Assembly: GCA_028687415.1 (NCBI GenBank)
Contig: JAQUAC010000001.1
Coordinates: 1 to 37,046, forward strand
Length of the DNA: 37,046 nt
Origin: Acidocella sp.
GTDB taxonomy: Bacteria; Pseudomonadota; Alphaproteobacteria; Acetobacterales; Acetobacteraceae
Reading direction: 5' to 3'
Positions 8,657 through 16,024 of the stretch are shown here, piece by piece. The notes beneath the pieces were generated by a model. That model ran no database searches and was not told the origin of the DNA. It worked only from the letters and a program-made list of their open reading frames with translations. The position numbers and the translations under genes are program-made. Each line of letters opens with the position of its first letter. Position 1 is the first letter of the stretch.

Positions 8657-10530
8657 GGTCCCTGCCCTTCCACCTAAAGCAACTCTCCTTTTTACTCCCC
8701 ATGGTTCTGGGCTTTGCCATCCCGTTCTTCGGTCATGATTATTGGTCGCCACTCTCTGATCCATTTTTAAGGGGCGGTTTTTTTGTCCTGGGGGTAACGA
8801 TCAGCTTCCTCATGATCCGCCCCGCCTACGATCAGGGCTGGTCGGCCACCTTGCTGCGCGTCGTGATCCCCCTCGGATTTTTTGCCGCCGCCGGGATCAT
8901 GTTTTGGGCGATTCTGAGGTTTGTACCGTCTGCCTGGGACAGCACGCCTTACGGCGATTCCTCAACCCTCCTTTTTGCCGAGATTGGCCGACTGAACAAC
9001 TTCACCGCCGCCTATGAAGCGTTTCTCGTTAAATATCTTGGCTGGACGCTGACCCTCGCCCTCCCCGCCGCGATCAGCCTACTGGCCGGGATGTTCACGG
9101 CCAGGCTGTTCATCGTCAAACCTCTCGCCGCTACCTTCGCCGGAAACCGTGACGCGGCCGCAGGTCCATGGGCCGGATCATGGATGGCGCCGGAGAGGGT
9201 TCGTGAATTAACCCGCAATCAATCCGGCCTGCCGCTCGGCATTATAGGCCGGACAATCGCCCGCTATGAGCCAAACCCCCAGCGCAAATGGCAGCCAGGT
9301 CATCACATGGTGGTGGCGGGCACGCGCGCCGGTAAAGGCGTTGCCTGCATCATACCGGCCATCATTGACCATGACGGGCCGGTCGTGGCCATCGACATCA
9401 AGGGCGAGAACTTTGCCATTTGCCGCCGATACCGGCAAAGCCTGGGCCGCCGGCAAATTGTGCTGAACCCGTTCCACGTCATCGAGGACCGGACCAGCCA
9501 TTATGACCCCCTCACCTATCTCCGGCCGGATCATCTGCAACGTGACATCGCCACCCTCTGCGATGGCTTGATTAAGCCGGAATCATCCTCGGACTCCTCC
9601 TGGATCAGTAATGCCGCCCGCGACATTCTGGAGGCAGCCGTTGAACTGGTCATGACCACGGCCGATGAAAATGAACGGACCCTGCTGACGGTCACGAACC
9701 TGGTGCTGGCCCCCAATCGGCTGGAAACCTTCGCCGCCTGGACCGAGGCCGGGAATCTTTGCAACGGCCGCATCGCCCAAGCCGGTGCCAAAGTCACCCA
9801 GATGGGAGATCGCCAGCAAGGCGCGGTCCTCGATTGCCTGGCGGAAAACCTCTCCTGGCTCAAATTCGACCAGGTCCGCGCCATGCTCGGCAAATCTGAT
9901 TTTATGCTCGATGAGCTGCTGGATGACAAAATCGACCTTTACCTGGTCGTGCCGCAGGACATGACGGAAAAGCTTTCCAATTTCATGCGGCTGATGATGA
10001 CGCTGGCCATGGGCACCATCACCCGTCAGGACGGCCGCCGCCAGGCCAAGGCCAAAATCCTCGCCGTCCTCGATGAGTTCACCCGCCTCGGCCGTATGGA
10101 AAAGGTCATGGAAATCGCCACCATCGCCGCAGGCGGTGGCGTTGAAGCCGTCTTCGTGGTCCAGGATCGGGGCACGTTGGATAAAATTTACACCCCGGAC
10201 GGCGCGACAACCCTGCTCGGCTCCTGTGCCACAACCCGGATATTCGGGCTCGGCCGGGCTGATGATAAAACCGCCCGTTGGGCGGAAAACCAGCTCCCCC
10301 ACAAAACCGTCATCCGGGAAAGCCAGAGCCATCGTAACGCGAAAAAGGATATCAGTCGCAGCGAAAGCAAGGAACGCCTCATGGACGGGCCGGCCATCCA
10401 AGAAATGCCCGCCAATCAGATGCTCTGTCTGATCCGCTCCAACCAACCGCTCCTGCTCGACCAGATCATCTCACATAAGCATCCGGCCTACCGCGACAAA
10501 CTCGACCCCAATCCAGTCGCGCGGGTGTAA
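8653..10530 (+). CDS. virD4: Type IV coupling protein (VirD4/TraG family)
   Basis: N-terminal hydrophobic segments, Walker A AGTRAGKG, IDIKGEN, Walker B AVLDEF. GTGA overlap with the mobC-like gene. Confidence 0.9.
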   Translation: MRSLPFHLKQLSFLLPMVLGFAIPFFGHDYWSPLSDPFLRGGFFVLGVTISFLMIRPAYDQGWSATLLRVVIPLGFFAAAGIMFWAILRFVPSAWDSTPYGDSSTLLFAEIGRLNNFTAAYEAFLVKYLGWTLTLALPAAISLLAGMFTARLFIVKPLAATFAGNRDAAAGPWAGSWMAPERVRELTRNQSGLPLGIIGRTIARYEPNPQRKWQPGHHMVVAGTRAGKGVACIIPAIIDHDGPVVAIDIKGENFAICRRYRQSLGRRQIVLNPFHVIEDRTSHYDPLTYLRPDHLQRDIATLCDGLIKPESSSDSSWISNAARDILEAAVELVMTTADENERTLLTVTNLVLAPNRLETFAAWTEAGNLCNGRIAQAGAKVTQMGDRQQGAVLDCLAENLSWLKFDQVRAMLGKSDFMLDELLDDKIDLYLVVPQDMTEKLSNFMRLMMTLAMGTITRQDGRRQAKAKILAVLDEFTRLGRMEKVMEIATIAAGGGVEAVFVVQDRGTLDKIYTPDGATTLLGSCATTRIFGLGRADDKTARWAENQLPHKTVIRESQSHRNAKKDISRSESKERLMDGPAIQEMPANQMLCLIRSNQPLLLDQIISHKHPAYRDKLDPNPVARV

Positions 10531-10542
10531 TAAAAACCAGGT

Positions 10543-10593
10543 GGAGGCGCTGCCTCCCCCTGGACCCCCTCCGGGATATTTAAACAAGGAAAT
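10543..10593 (+). repeat. Dispersed hairpin + CCGGGATATTTAAACAAGGAAAT motif, copy 1
   Basis: GGAGGCGCTGCCTCC hairpin then ccgggatatttaaacaaggaaat. Related copies at 12715-12766 (minus strand) and 13972-14015. Confidence 0.7.
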
Positions 10594-10617
10594 GCCCTCG
10601 GGCAGCCCCCTTCACCG

Positions 10618-10887
10618 TCATGCGCTCCGGTTGATGCCGTGCTTGGTGAACAATAGGTTTACCGCTTCCTCGCCAAGGGCCTGCGTTGTGGTGCCCTCAT
10701 CCAGCGCAAGCTGCCTGAGCTGCTTCCATGCCAGGGGGTCAAGGTAGATGGTCAAAACGCGTTTGCCGACTCTGCTAGGCTGTTTCCCCGTACCAGTTTT
10801 AACCGGTGGCTCGGCCGCATCCTCTGGCAACGCTGCGGCAACGGCGGCGGCCGATTTCGGGGTAAATAAGCTTGGGCGTTTCGTCAT
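10618..10887 (-). CDS. Ribbon-helix-helix partition protein (ParG-like centromere-binding partner), 89 aa
   Basis: Directly downstream of parA. Low-complexity N-terminus and RHH-like C-terminus (VLTIYLDPLAWKQLRQLALDEGTTTQALGEEAVNLLF). Confidence 0.8.
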   Translation of the reverse strand: MTKRPSLFTPKSAAAVAAALPEDAAEPPVKTGTGKQPSRVGKRVLTIYLDPLAWKQLRQLALDEGTTTQALGEEAVNLLFTKHGINRSA

Positions 10888-10891
10888 GATA

Positions 10892-11542
10892 TTAGGCAAC
10901 TTTCTTGGCTTGCCCACGTGTGGGCATGTCCACAATACCACACACCCACTTAAAGAGAACTACAATCTCGTCGGCCGCTTTCCCGCCCGGTTCAAATTCC
11001 TGGGCTGTACGGCCATCGATGACGCTGTGCCCATAGGCTGCACGCTGTGAAAGCTGGTGAGGCGCAACCTGCGCCCCCCCTGCCCTCAACCCTTCGGTCG
11101 CTTCTTTTCCAATGCCACTCCTGGGCGGTACGGCGTTCAATACGACATAGGCCGGTTTCTTGGCGGCCTTCGCCAGCAAGAGCGTCGTTTCAATAGCTTC
11201 AAGGTCAAAGGTCGAAGGCCGGCACGGTATCAGCACGAGGTCGGCGGCTCGTGCCGACAGTGAGGCCGTTTGGTCAGCATTGGGCGCGGTGTCGAGAATG
11301 ACGATATCCGCCCCGTTTTCTCGCGCGGCTGTCGTGAGTGCCGGCAAACGCACGGCCTGGCCGCTAATCACTTCCGGCGCTCCGGCGGTACGCCGATCCC
11401 CCCAGCTAGCGGCTGTGCCTTGGGGGTCTAGGTCAATGATCGCGGTCGTATATCCGGCGGCAATCGCAGCGGTCGCCAAGTGGACGGCAAGGGTGGTTTT
11501 CCCCGCACCTCCTTTTTGGCTGATAATAGCGATAATTTTCAT
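10892..11542 (-). CDS. parA: ParA family ATPase (short type Ib, ParF-like)
   Basis: Deviant Walker A KGGAGKTT, IDLDPQG, ILDTAP. No N-terminal HTH. Confidence 0.95.
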   Translation of the reverse strand: MKIIAIISQKGGAGKTTLAVHLATAAIAAGYTTAIIDLDPQGTAASWGDRRTAGAPEVISGQAVRLPALTTAARENGADIVILDTAPNADQTASLSARAADLVLIPCRPSTFDLEAIETTLLLAKAAKKPAYVVLNAVPPRSGIGKEATEGLRAGGAQVAPHQLSQRAAYGHSVIDGRTAQEFEPGGKAADEIVVLFKWVCGIVDMPTRGQAKKVA

Positions 11543-11571
11543 GTGCCCTCAACGAATCAGATGAGGATAAG

Positions 11572-11646
11572 ACCATATCACCACATGACCACACGCGGTA
11601 GTATCAACTTCACCACAAGCCCACGTGTGGGCTTGTGGTGAAGTTG
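11572..11646. promoter_or_regulatory. Putative centromere/operator of par module 1: 8-bp-periodic CCAC boxes and a 42-bp palindrome
   Basis: accatatc-accacatg-accacacg (11572-11595), then perfect 20-bp arms caacttcaccacaagcccac-gt-gtgggcttgtggtgaagttg (11605-11646), upstream of parA. Confidence 0.7.
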
Positions 11647-11799
11647 TCAGTTTTTGACGATGGGATTCTCTTCCATGGGACGACCCGCCGTTGATTTAGG
11701 TGTTTCCACCTTCTGCACAGGCACGTTGCTCTGTTCGCCGCGCGCATGTGCAACGGCCTCCGTCAAGCTTTTGAGCAATTCATCTGCAAATGTGCTCAT
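11647..11799 (-). CDS. 50-aa small ORF resembling the N-terminal region of HigA-type antitoxins (no HTH)
   Basis: My translation is MSTFADELLKSLTEAVAHARGEQSNVPVQKVETPKSTAGRPMEENPIVKN*. Its ATG overlaps the mqsA stop (ATGA). Not in the ORF track. Confidence 0.6.
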   Translation of the reverse strand: MSTFADELLKSLTEAVAHARGEQSNVPVQKVETPKSTAGRPMEENPIVKN

Positions 11800-12239
11800 G
11801 GATGCGGTGCATGGTGCGCTAAGTCGTTGCTCCGCGCCTGGCGTTCGGTCAGAACGGTAAGGGCAGGGGGGTCACGGTCGAGCAAGACAAGGGCGCTACT
11901 AATAGCACGGCTCGGCAAGAGGTCGCCCGCCTCATACTTTTGGAACGCGCGTGAACCGCCGCCGATTACTTCGCCGGCTGTTTCCTGAGTGAGTTTCAGC
12001 TTCTTGCGGATACGTTTAATCTCCTCAGGCTCTAACAGCCCTTCGGTACGCGCCTTTAGACGATTCAGGGCTCGGTCGGATACTTTCATATCCTCCCCCT
12101 CATGAATGCTTTCATCTGGGTCGGTGCCATACCAGCCGGGCATGTCGACCGTGATGCTTTCACCTTTATAGGTCAGCGTGAATGGGCGAACGTCGCGATG
12201 CAACGGTGCGCCAGTAACAGGATGAATACGATCAGCCAT
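11796..12239 (-). CDS. mqsA: MqsA-family antitoxin (degenerate Zn-ribbon + XRE HTH), copy 1
   Basis: LTYKGESITVDMPGWY...IRKKLKLTQETAGEVIGGGSRAFQKYE. Downstream of and overlapping mqsR. Confidence 0.88.
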   Translation of the reverse strand: MADRIHPVTGAPLHRDVRPFTLTYKGESITVDMPGWYGTDPDESIHEGEDMKVSDRALNRLKARTEGLLEPEEIKRIRKKLKLTQETAGEVIGGGSRAFQKYEAGDLLPSRAISSALVLLDRDPPALTVLTERQARSNDLAHHAPHP

Positions 12240-12549
12240 TGCCCTTCTCCTTGAACGATAGCAATAAAAATTCGGTCACGGCGTCCGCCGTGAATTTCAC
12301 ATAAAGCACGCCAACTGGTGACGGGACGTGATAAACATCTTGCCAAATCCTATGATCTTCATAAGAGGTCATGGATTTATAGAACTGTGCCCGATGCATT
12401 GTTTGGATGGTTGTCACGATGTCATCACGGTCGAATCCAAGTGCAGCGGCAGCTCTAACCGCAGTACCCGTCACATTAAGGCGTTCAACACTGTCGAAGG
12501 CAGCCTTGAACGCCACAAGATCATAGGTTGGTTTACGCTTTTCCGTCAT
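12232..12549 (-). CDS. mqsR: MqsR-family mRNA interferase toxin, copy 1
   Basis: EKRKPTYDL...FYKSMTSYEDHRIWQDVYH...LYVKF...LSFKEK matches the MqsR pattern. Confidence 0.92.
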   Translation of the reverse strand: MTEKRKPTYDLVAFKAAFDSVERLNVTGTAVRAAAALGFDRDDIVTTIQTMHRAQFYKSMTSYEDHRIWQDVYHVPSPVGVLYVKFTADAVTEFLLLSFKEKGNG

Positions 12550-12554
12550 GTCTT

Positions 12555-12582
12555 AAGATACACCTTTATGGTGTATAGTCAA
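12555..12582 (-). promoter_or_regulatory. mqsRA-1 promoter with palindromic operator
   Basis: Minus strand reads TTGACT-16 nt-TATCTT, then ATG 5 nt later. Inverted repeat ATACACC-TTTAT-GGTGTAT (12558-12576) lies in the spacer. Confidence 0.65.
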
Positions 12583-12714
12583 GAGGAGCATTCTCAACAT
12601 GCCCTTTGAGCGACGCCCCGGCACCTCAGCAACACCGACTACGCCCCCTTGAGGGCAAGCCCACATGCCTTCAAGAGGACGTGTGGTCATTTATCAAATC
12701 CCCAAAACAAGACG

Positions 12715-12766
12715 ATTTCCTTGGGTAAATATCCCCGGGGATTTTAAGGGGGCAGCGCCCCCTTAA
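12715..12766 (-). repeat. Dispersed hairpin + GGATATTTA motif, copy 2
   Basis: Minus strand reads ttaagggggcgctgcccccttaa...ccggggatatttacccaaggaaat. Confidence 0.65.
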
Positions 12767-12899
12767 GGCAAAGCGACTCTATGCGCGCTTTTGGCGCGCT
12801 CCGCTTATTTTCCTGTTTGTTGGTGGTTATTGTTTGTTTAAATGAAGATTCTCAGCATGGGGAATGTTTCTTGGCATGGTGTGCAGTCCAGTAAATTCC

Positions 12900-13592
12900 T
12901 CACGGATTCGACGCCTGCATGACTTGGCCTAGCCGTGCTAAGGCCGCTGCGAGCATGTCCGTGGGGTCACTGTCCAGTATCCCGATGATCTGGCGCAGGG
13001 TGCCACCCTCCTGCCGCTCGGTCGTGGCCTGGTGCAACACAGAGGGGAGGGGAGGGTGATCGCCCCATGTGCCCGGCTCTGGCACCGGCGGCTCCGCTGG
13101 CAGCCGATAGCCACGCCATTGGGTAGGGGGCAGCACGGCGTAGGCGTTTGTTTCCTGCTCAAGCACGAAGCGGCCATCCTCGCGGCGGCTCTCCGCGCAG
13201 CGGCGCAGCCAGTTGAGCATCCCCAACTCGCGCAGCCGCTTCACCGCATTGGCGACGGTGCGCTGGCAGACGTTCGCCTTGCGGGCGATCGCCGCATAGG
13301 ACGGGTCCAACCGGCCGGTGCTGTAGTTCAGGAAGTCAAACAGCATGGCGTGTAGCACCTGGAGAGCGGTATGCCCTACGGCCCCGCCATGTTTACCCTC
13401 CCGGCGCGTCTGCCGGTCAAAATCGCGCGCGCGATGCCATAGCTTGGTCGCCACCTTCTTCGGCATCGACTGAAAACGCACCTCTTTGGTGGTGCTCTCG
13501 GACCATACCGGCCAGGCAGCATAGGTCTTCGGTCCCTGGAAGCCAGGGAGGGCCGGGAGGGTAAAGCTCGGTAGCAGGTTGAAATTACGCAT
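12900..13592 (-). CDS. Winged-HTH protein, putative plasmid replication initiator 1
   Basis: GRLDPSYAAIARKANVCQRTVANAVKRLRELGMLNW...NAY HTH pattern. Near the par module, with a ctRNA-like unit upstream. Homologous to 31552-32214. Confidence 0.7.
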   Translation of the reverse strand: MRNFNLLPSFTLPALPGFQGPKTYAAWPVWSESTTKEVRFQSMPKKVATKLWHRARDFDRQTRREGKHGGAVGHTALQVLHAMLFDFLNYSTGRLDPSYAAIARKANVCQRTVANAVKRLRELGMLNWLRRCAESRREDGRFVLEQETNAYAVLPPTQWRGYRLPAEPPVPEPGTWGDHPPLPSVLHQATTERQEGGTLRQIIGILDSDPTDMLAAALARLGQVMQASNP

Positions 13593-13681
13593 AGTTTCTC
13601 CGTTCGGGTTTCAGCGAAACCCGCCCGAAAGGGCCGAAAATCGGCGCAAAGCTCTCCCGATAGCGAAAACATGGTTTTCAC

Positions 13682-13785
13682 TTGACGAAGCGCCTGAGTT
13701 GGGGGAAAACTTAAACCTGCTAGGTTCTAAGTTATTCCCCGGCCCCGGCCGGAGTATCAGCCCCGCTTTCGAGCGGGGTTTTTGC
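13682..13785 (+). ncRNA. Putative antisense countertranscript (ctRNA) unit upstream of rep 1
   Basis: TTGACG-17 nt-GAAAAC, a small ccggc/gccgg hairpin, then intrinsic terminator gccccgct-ttcg-agcggggt-tttt (13760-13783). Antisense to the rep leader. Confidence 0.55.
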
Positions 13786-13971
13786 TGTCTGGTCTCTTTT
13801 CTCTCCAGAATGGTTGCGGGCTACGGGCCGGCGAATCGCCCCGTAACCTCCGAACTTGCCGGAAAAACAGAGTCGGGTGAAGCTCTTGTTTTGCCCGTTA
13901 AAATTGTAGCGCAAAATCGGCGACGCTGTGCGGCGCCGGGCGATGAGACATCGCCGCCCCGGATCACATCC

Positions 13972-14015
13972 GGGGCAATTTTTTGCGCCCCAGCCGGATA
14001 TTTAAACAAGGAAAT
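13972..14015 (+). repeat. Dispersed hairpin + GGATATTTAAACAAGGAAAT motif, copy 3
   Basis: ggggc...gcccc hairpin then ccggatatttaaacaaggaaat. Confidence 0.65.
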
Positions 14016-14095
14016 TTCGGATGACCCGAAAAGGAATCGTGCTATCATTCCGTCACGGTACAGGCGGGGACGCCGATGACCGTCAAGGAAATGAG

Positions 14096-14123
14096 GCCCG
14101 CCACGGTGACGTGGCGGGCTTTC
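14096..14123. terminator. Intrinsic terminator-like hairpin downstream of the ardC remnant
   Basis: gcccgccacg-gtga-cgtggcgggc (perfect 10-bp stem) followed by tttc. Confidence 0.55.
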
Positions 14124-14139
14124 TTCTGGGACGGCGACG

Positions 14140-14280
14140 TTATGCCGCCTCGGTCTGCTCGGCCGCCTCGTCGTTGGGCTGAAACTGCGCGAGATAATCG
14201 AGCGCATCGCTGGCTTTCGCGGCAGCCGTGAGAATGGCTTTGCGGTCCCGCTTCAGGGCCTTCAACCAAACCGCGATATA
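14140..14280 (-). pseudogene. ardC: 3' remnant of ArdC-family antirestriction gene
   Basis: My translation is YIAVWLKALKRDRKAILTAAAKASDALDYLAQFQPNDEAAEQTEAA*, resembling the ArdC C-terminal YIxxWLxxLKxDxxAI motif. Cut exactly at the element end at 14281. Confidence 0.72.
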
Positions 14281-14643
14281 GGGGTAACGCCAAGAACTGT
14301 GCGTAGCTGTACGACATTGAAGAACGAATTAGCAACCTGACACTGGAAGCTCGGATTTTCTCAGCAGTTTGCTCATCTGGGCGCAACGGGAAGTCCTGGT
14401 TGCCACCGCTAACGCTTGGCTGGCGGCTCGCAGCCGAGGGGTGATAGCCAACATGGATAGCCAATTTGGCTATGGCCAACTTACATTGGCTTTTCCGTTC
14501 TTGACCATGCTGTTTGCGATTAGCCAGGATGGGTATACCTATCCTGGCCATCAAATTCTTAGCCGCTGGCTGATCCGGGAACCGCATGTTCCTACTACGT
14601 TCTCAGATGTCGTACAGCTACGCACAGCTCTTGGCTCGCCCCC
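14281..14643. mobile_element. 363-bp non-autonomous Tn3-family-like miniature element (MITE/TIME)
   Basis: Terminal IRs of about 46 bp starting GGGG: GGGGTAACGCCAAGAACTGTGCGTAGCTGTACGACATTGAAGAACG versus GGGGGCGAGCCAAGAGCTGTGCGTAGCTGTACGACATCTGAGAACG. No transposase. Flanks ATATA and AAGCA differ, so no target-site duplication. Confidence 0.8.
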
Positions 14644-15920
14644 AAGCACAGCGTTCGCGCGCGCCGATTCAGCGGCTGGCTGATGTCGTCTCCGGTTACT
14701 TCGTGCCGACGGTGGTTGGCGTGGCAGTTCTCGCATTCATGGGCTGGGCGATTTGGGGTCCGGCACCGGCACTTTCCTACGGGCTACTGGCGGCCGTCTC
14801 TGTTCTGATTATCGCCTGCCCCTGCGCTCTTGGCCTGGCAACGCCGATGTCGATCCAGGTTGGGGTTGGCAAGGGGGCGACGATGGGGGTGCTGATTAAA
14901 TCGGCAGAGGCTCTCGAACGCATGGAGCAAGCGGACACGCTGGTTATCGACAAGACCGGTACACTTACTGAAGGCAAGCCGCGCGTGACCAAAATCGTGC
15001 CCGGCCCCGGCTTTGATGAGGATACCGTGTTACGCTTGGCGGCTTGCCTGGAGCGGGCAAGCGAGCACCCGCTTGCTGCGGCGATTGTGCAGGCGGCGGG
15101 CGAGCGCAAAATCGCTCTCGTCGAGCCAGCGGAATTCGATTCCGTCACCGGCCAGGGCGTGCGCGGCCGTATCGACGATCGTAAAGTGCTGCTCGGCAAT
15201 GCCCGGCTGATGCAAGCCGACGGCGTGGTTTTTGGTGAACTTGCCGCCACCGCCGACGAATTGCGCGACAATGGTGCGACCGCCATTTTTATTGCCGTAG
15301 ATGGCAAGCCAGCCGGCGTGATCGCGATCGCCGACCCGATCAAATCCGGCGCCAGACAAGCGCTCGACACGTTACGGGCCGCCGGCATGCGGATTGTTAT
15401 GCTAACCGGCGATAACCGCCGCACCGCCGAAGCCGTGGCCAGGCAATTAGGTATTACCGACATTGAAGCCGAAGTGCTGCCTGCCCAGAAGCATGAGGTG
15501 GTCCGCCGGCTGCGCGCCGAAGGCCGGGTGGTTGCGATGGCCGGTGACGGCGTGAACGACGCGCCGGCACTCGCCGAGGCCGATATCGGCATTGCCATGG
15601 GTACCGGCACGGATGTGGCGATTGAAAGTGCCGGGATAACACTGGTGAAGGGCGACATCGCCGGGATTGCGCGGGCGCGGTTCCTGAGCCGCGCGACGAT
15701 GCGCAACATCCGCGAGAATTTGTTTTTCGCTTTCATCTACAACGCAATCGGCGTGCCGGTGGCAGCAGGTGTGCTTTATCCCGTTTTCGGCATTCTGCTG
15801 AGCCCAATGATCTCTGCCCTGGCGATGTCGCTCAGTTCTGTCTCGGTGGTGACAAACGCGTTACGCTTGCGCGGGCTGCATCTTGAAACTGCTGGTGTGG
15901 GCGCCAGGAAGAATACTTGA
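14644..15920 (+). pseudogene. copA: 5'-truncated Cu(I)-translocating P1B-type ATPase
   Basis: [33 protein letters not shown] and MSLSS motifs are present. The metal-binding domain, early TM helices and TGE actuator domain are missing. Native sequence starts at AQRSRAPIQ right at the MITE end. Confidence 0.88.
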
Positions 15921-16024
15921 TCGATATCAAGGTCCGGTGGCCATGCCTGTGGTTTAATTGTCTCCGCTGTCGACGTCAGGGTTTTAGGCTGATGCTCATG
16001 GCCACAGAAATGGAGCGACATATT

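Noticed and set aside
14586-15920. Intact copper ATPase
   Set aside because: It lacks the N-terminal TM helices and the TGE actuator domain, and its first residues derive from the MITE.
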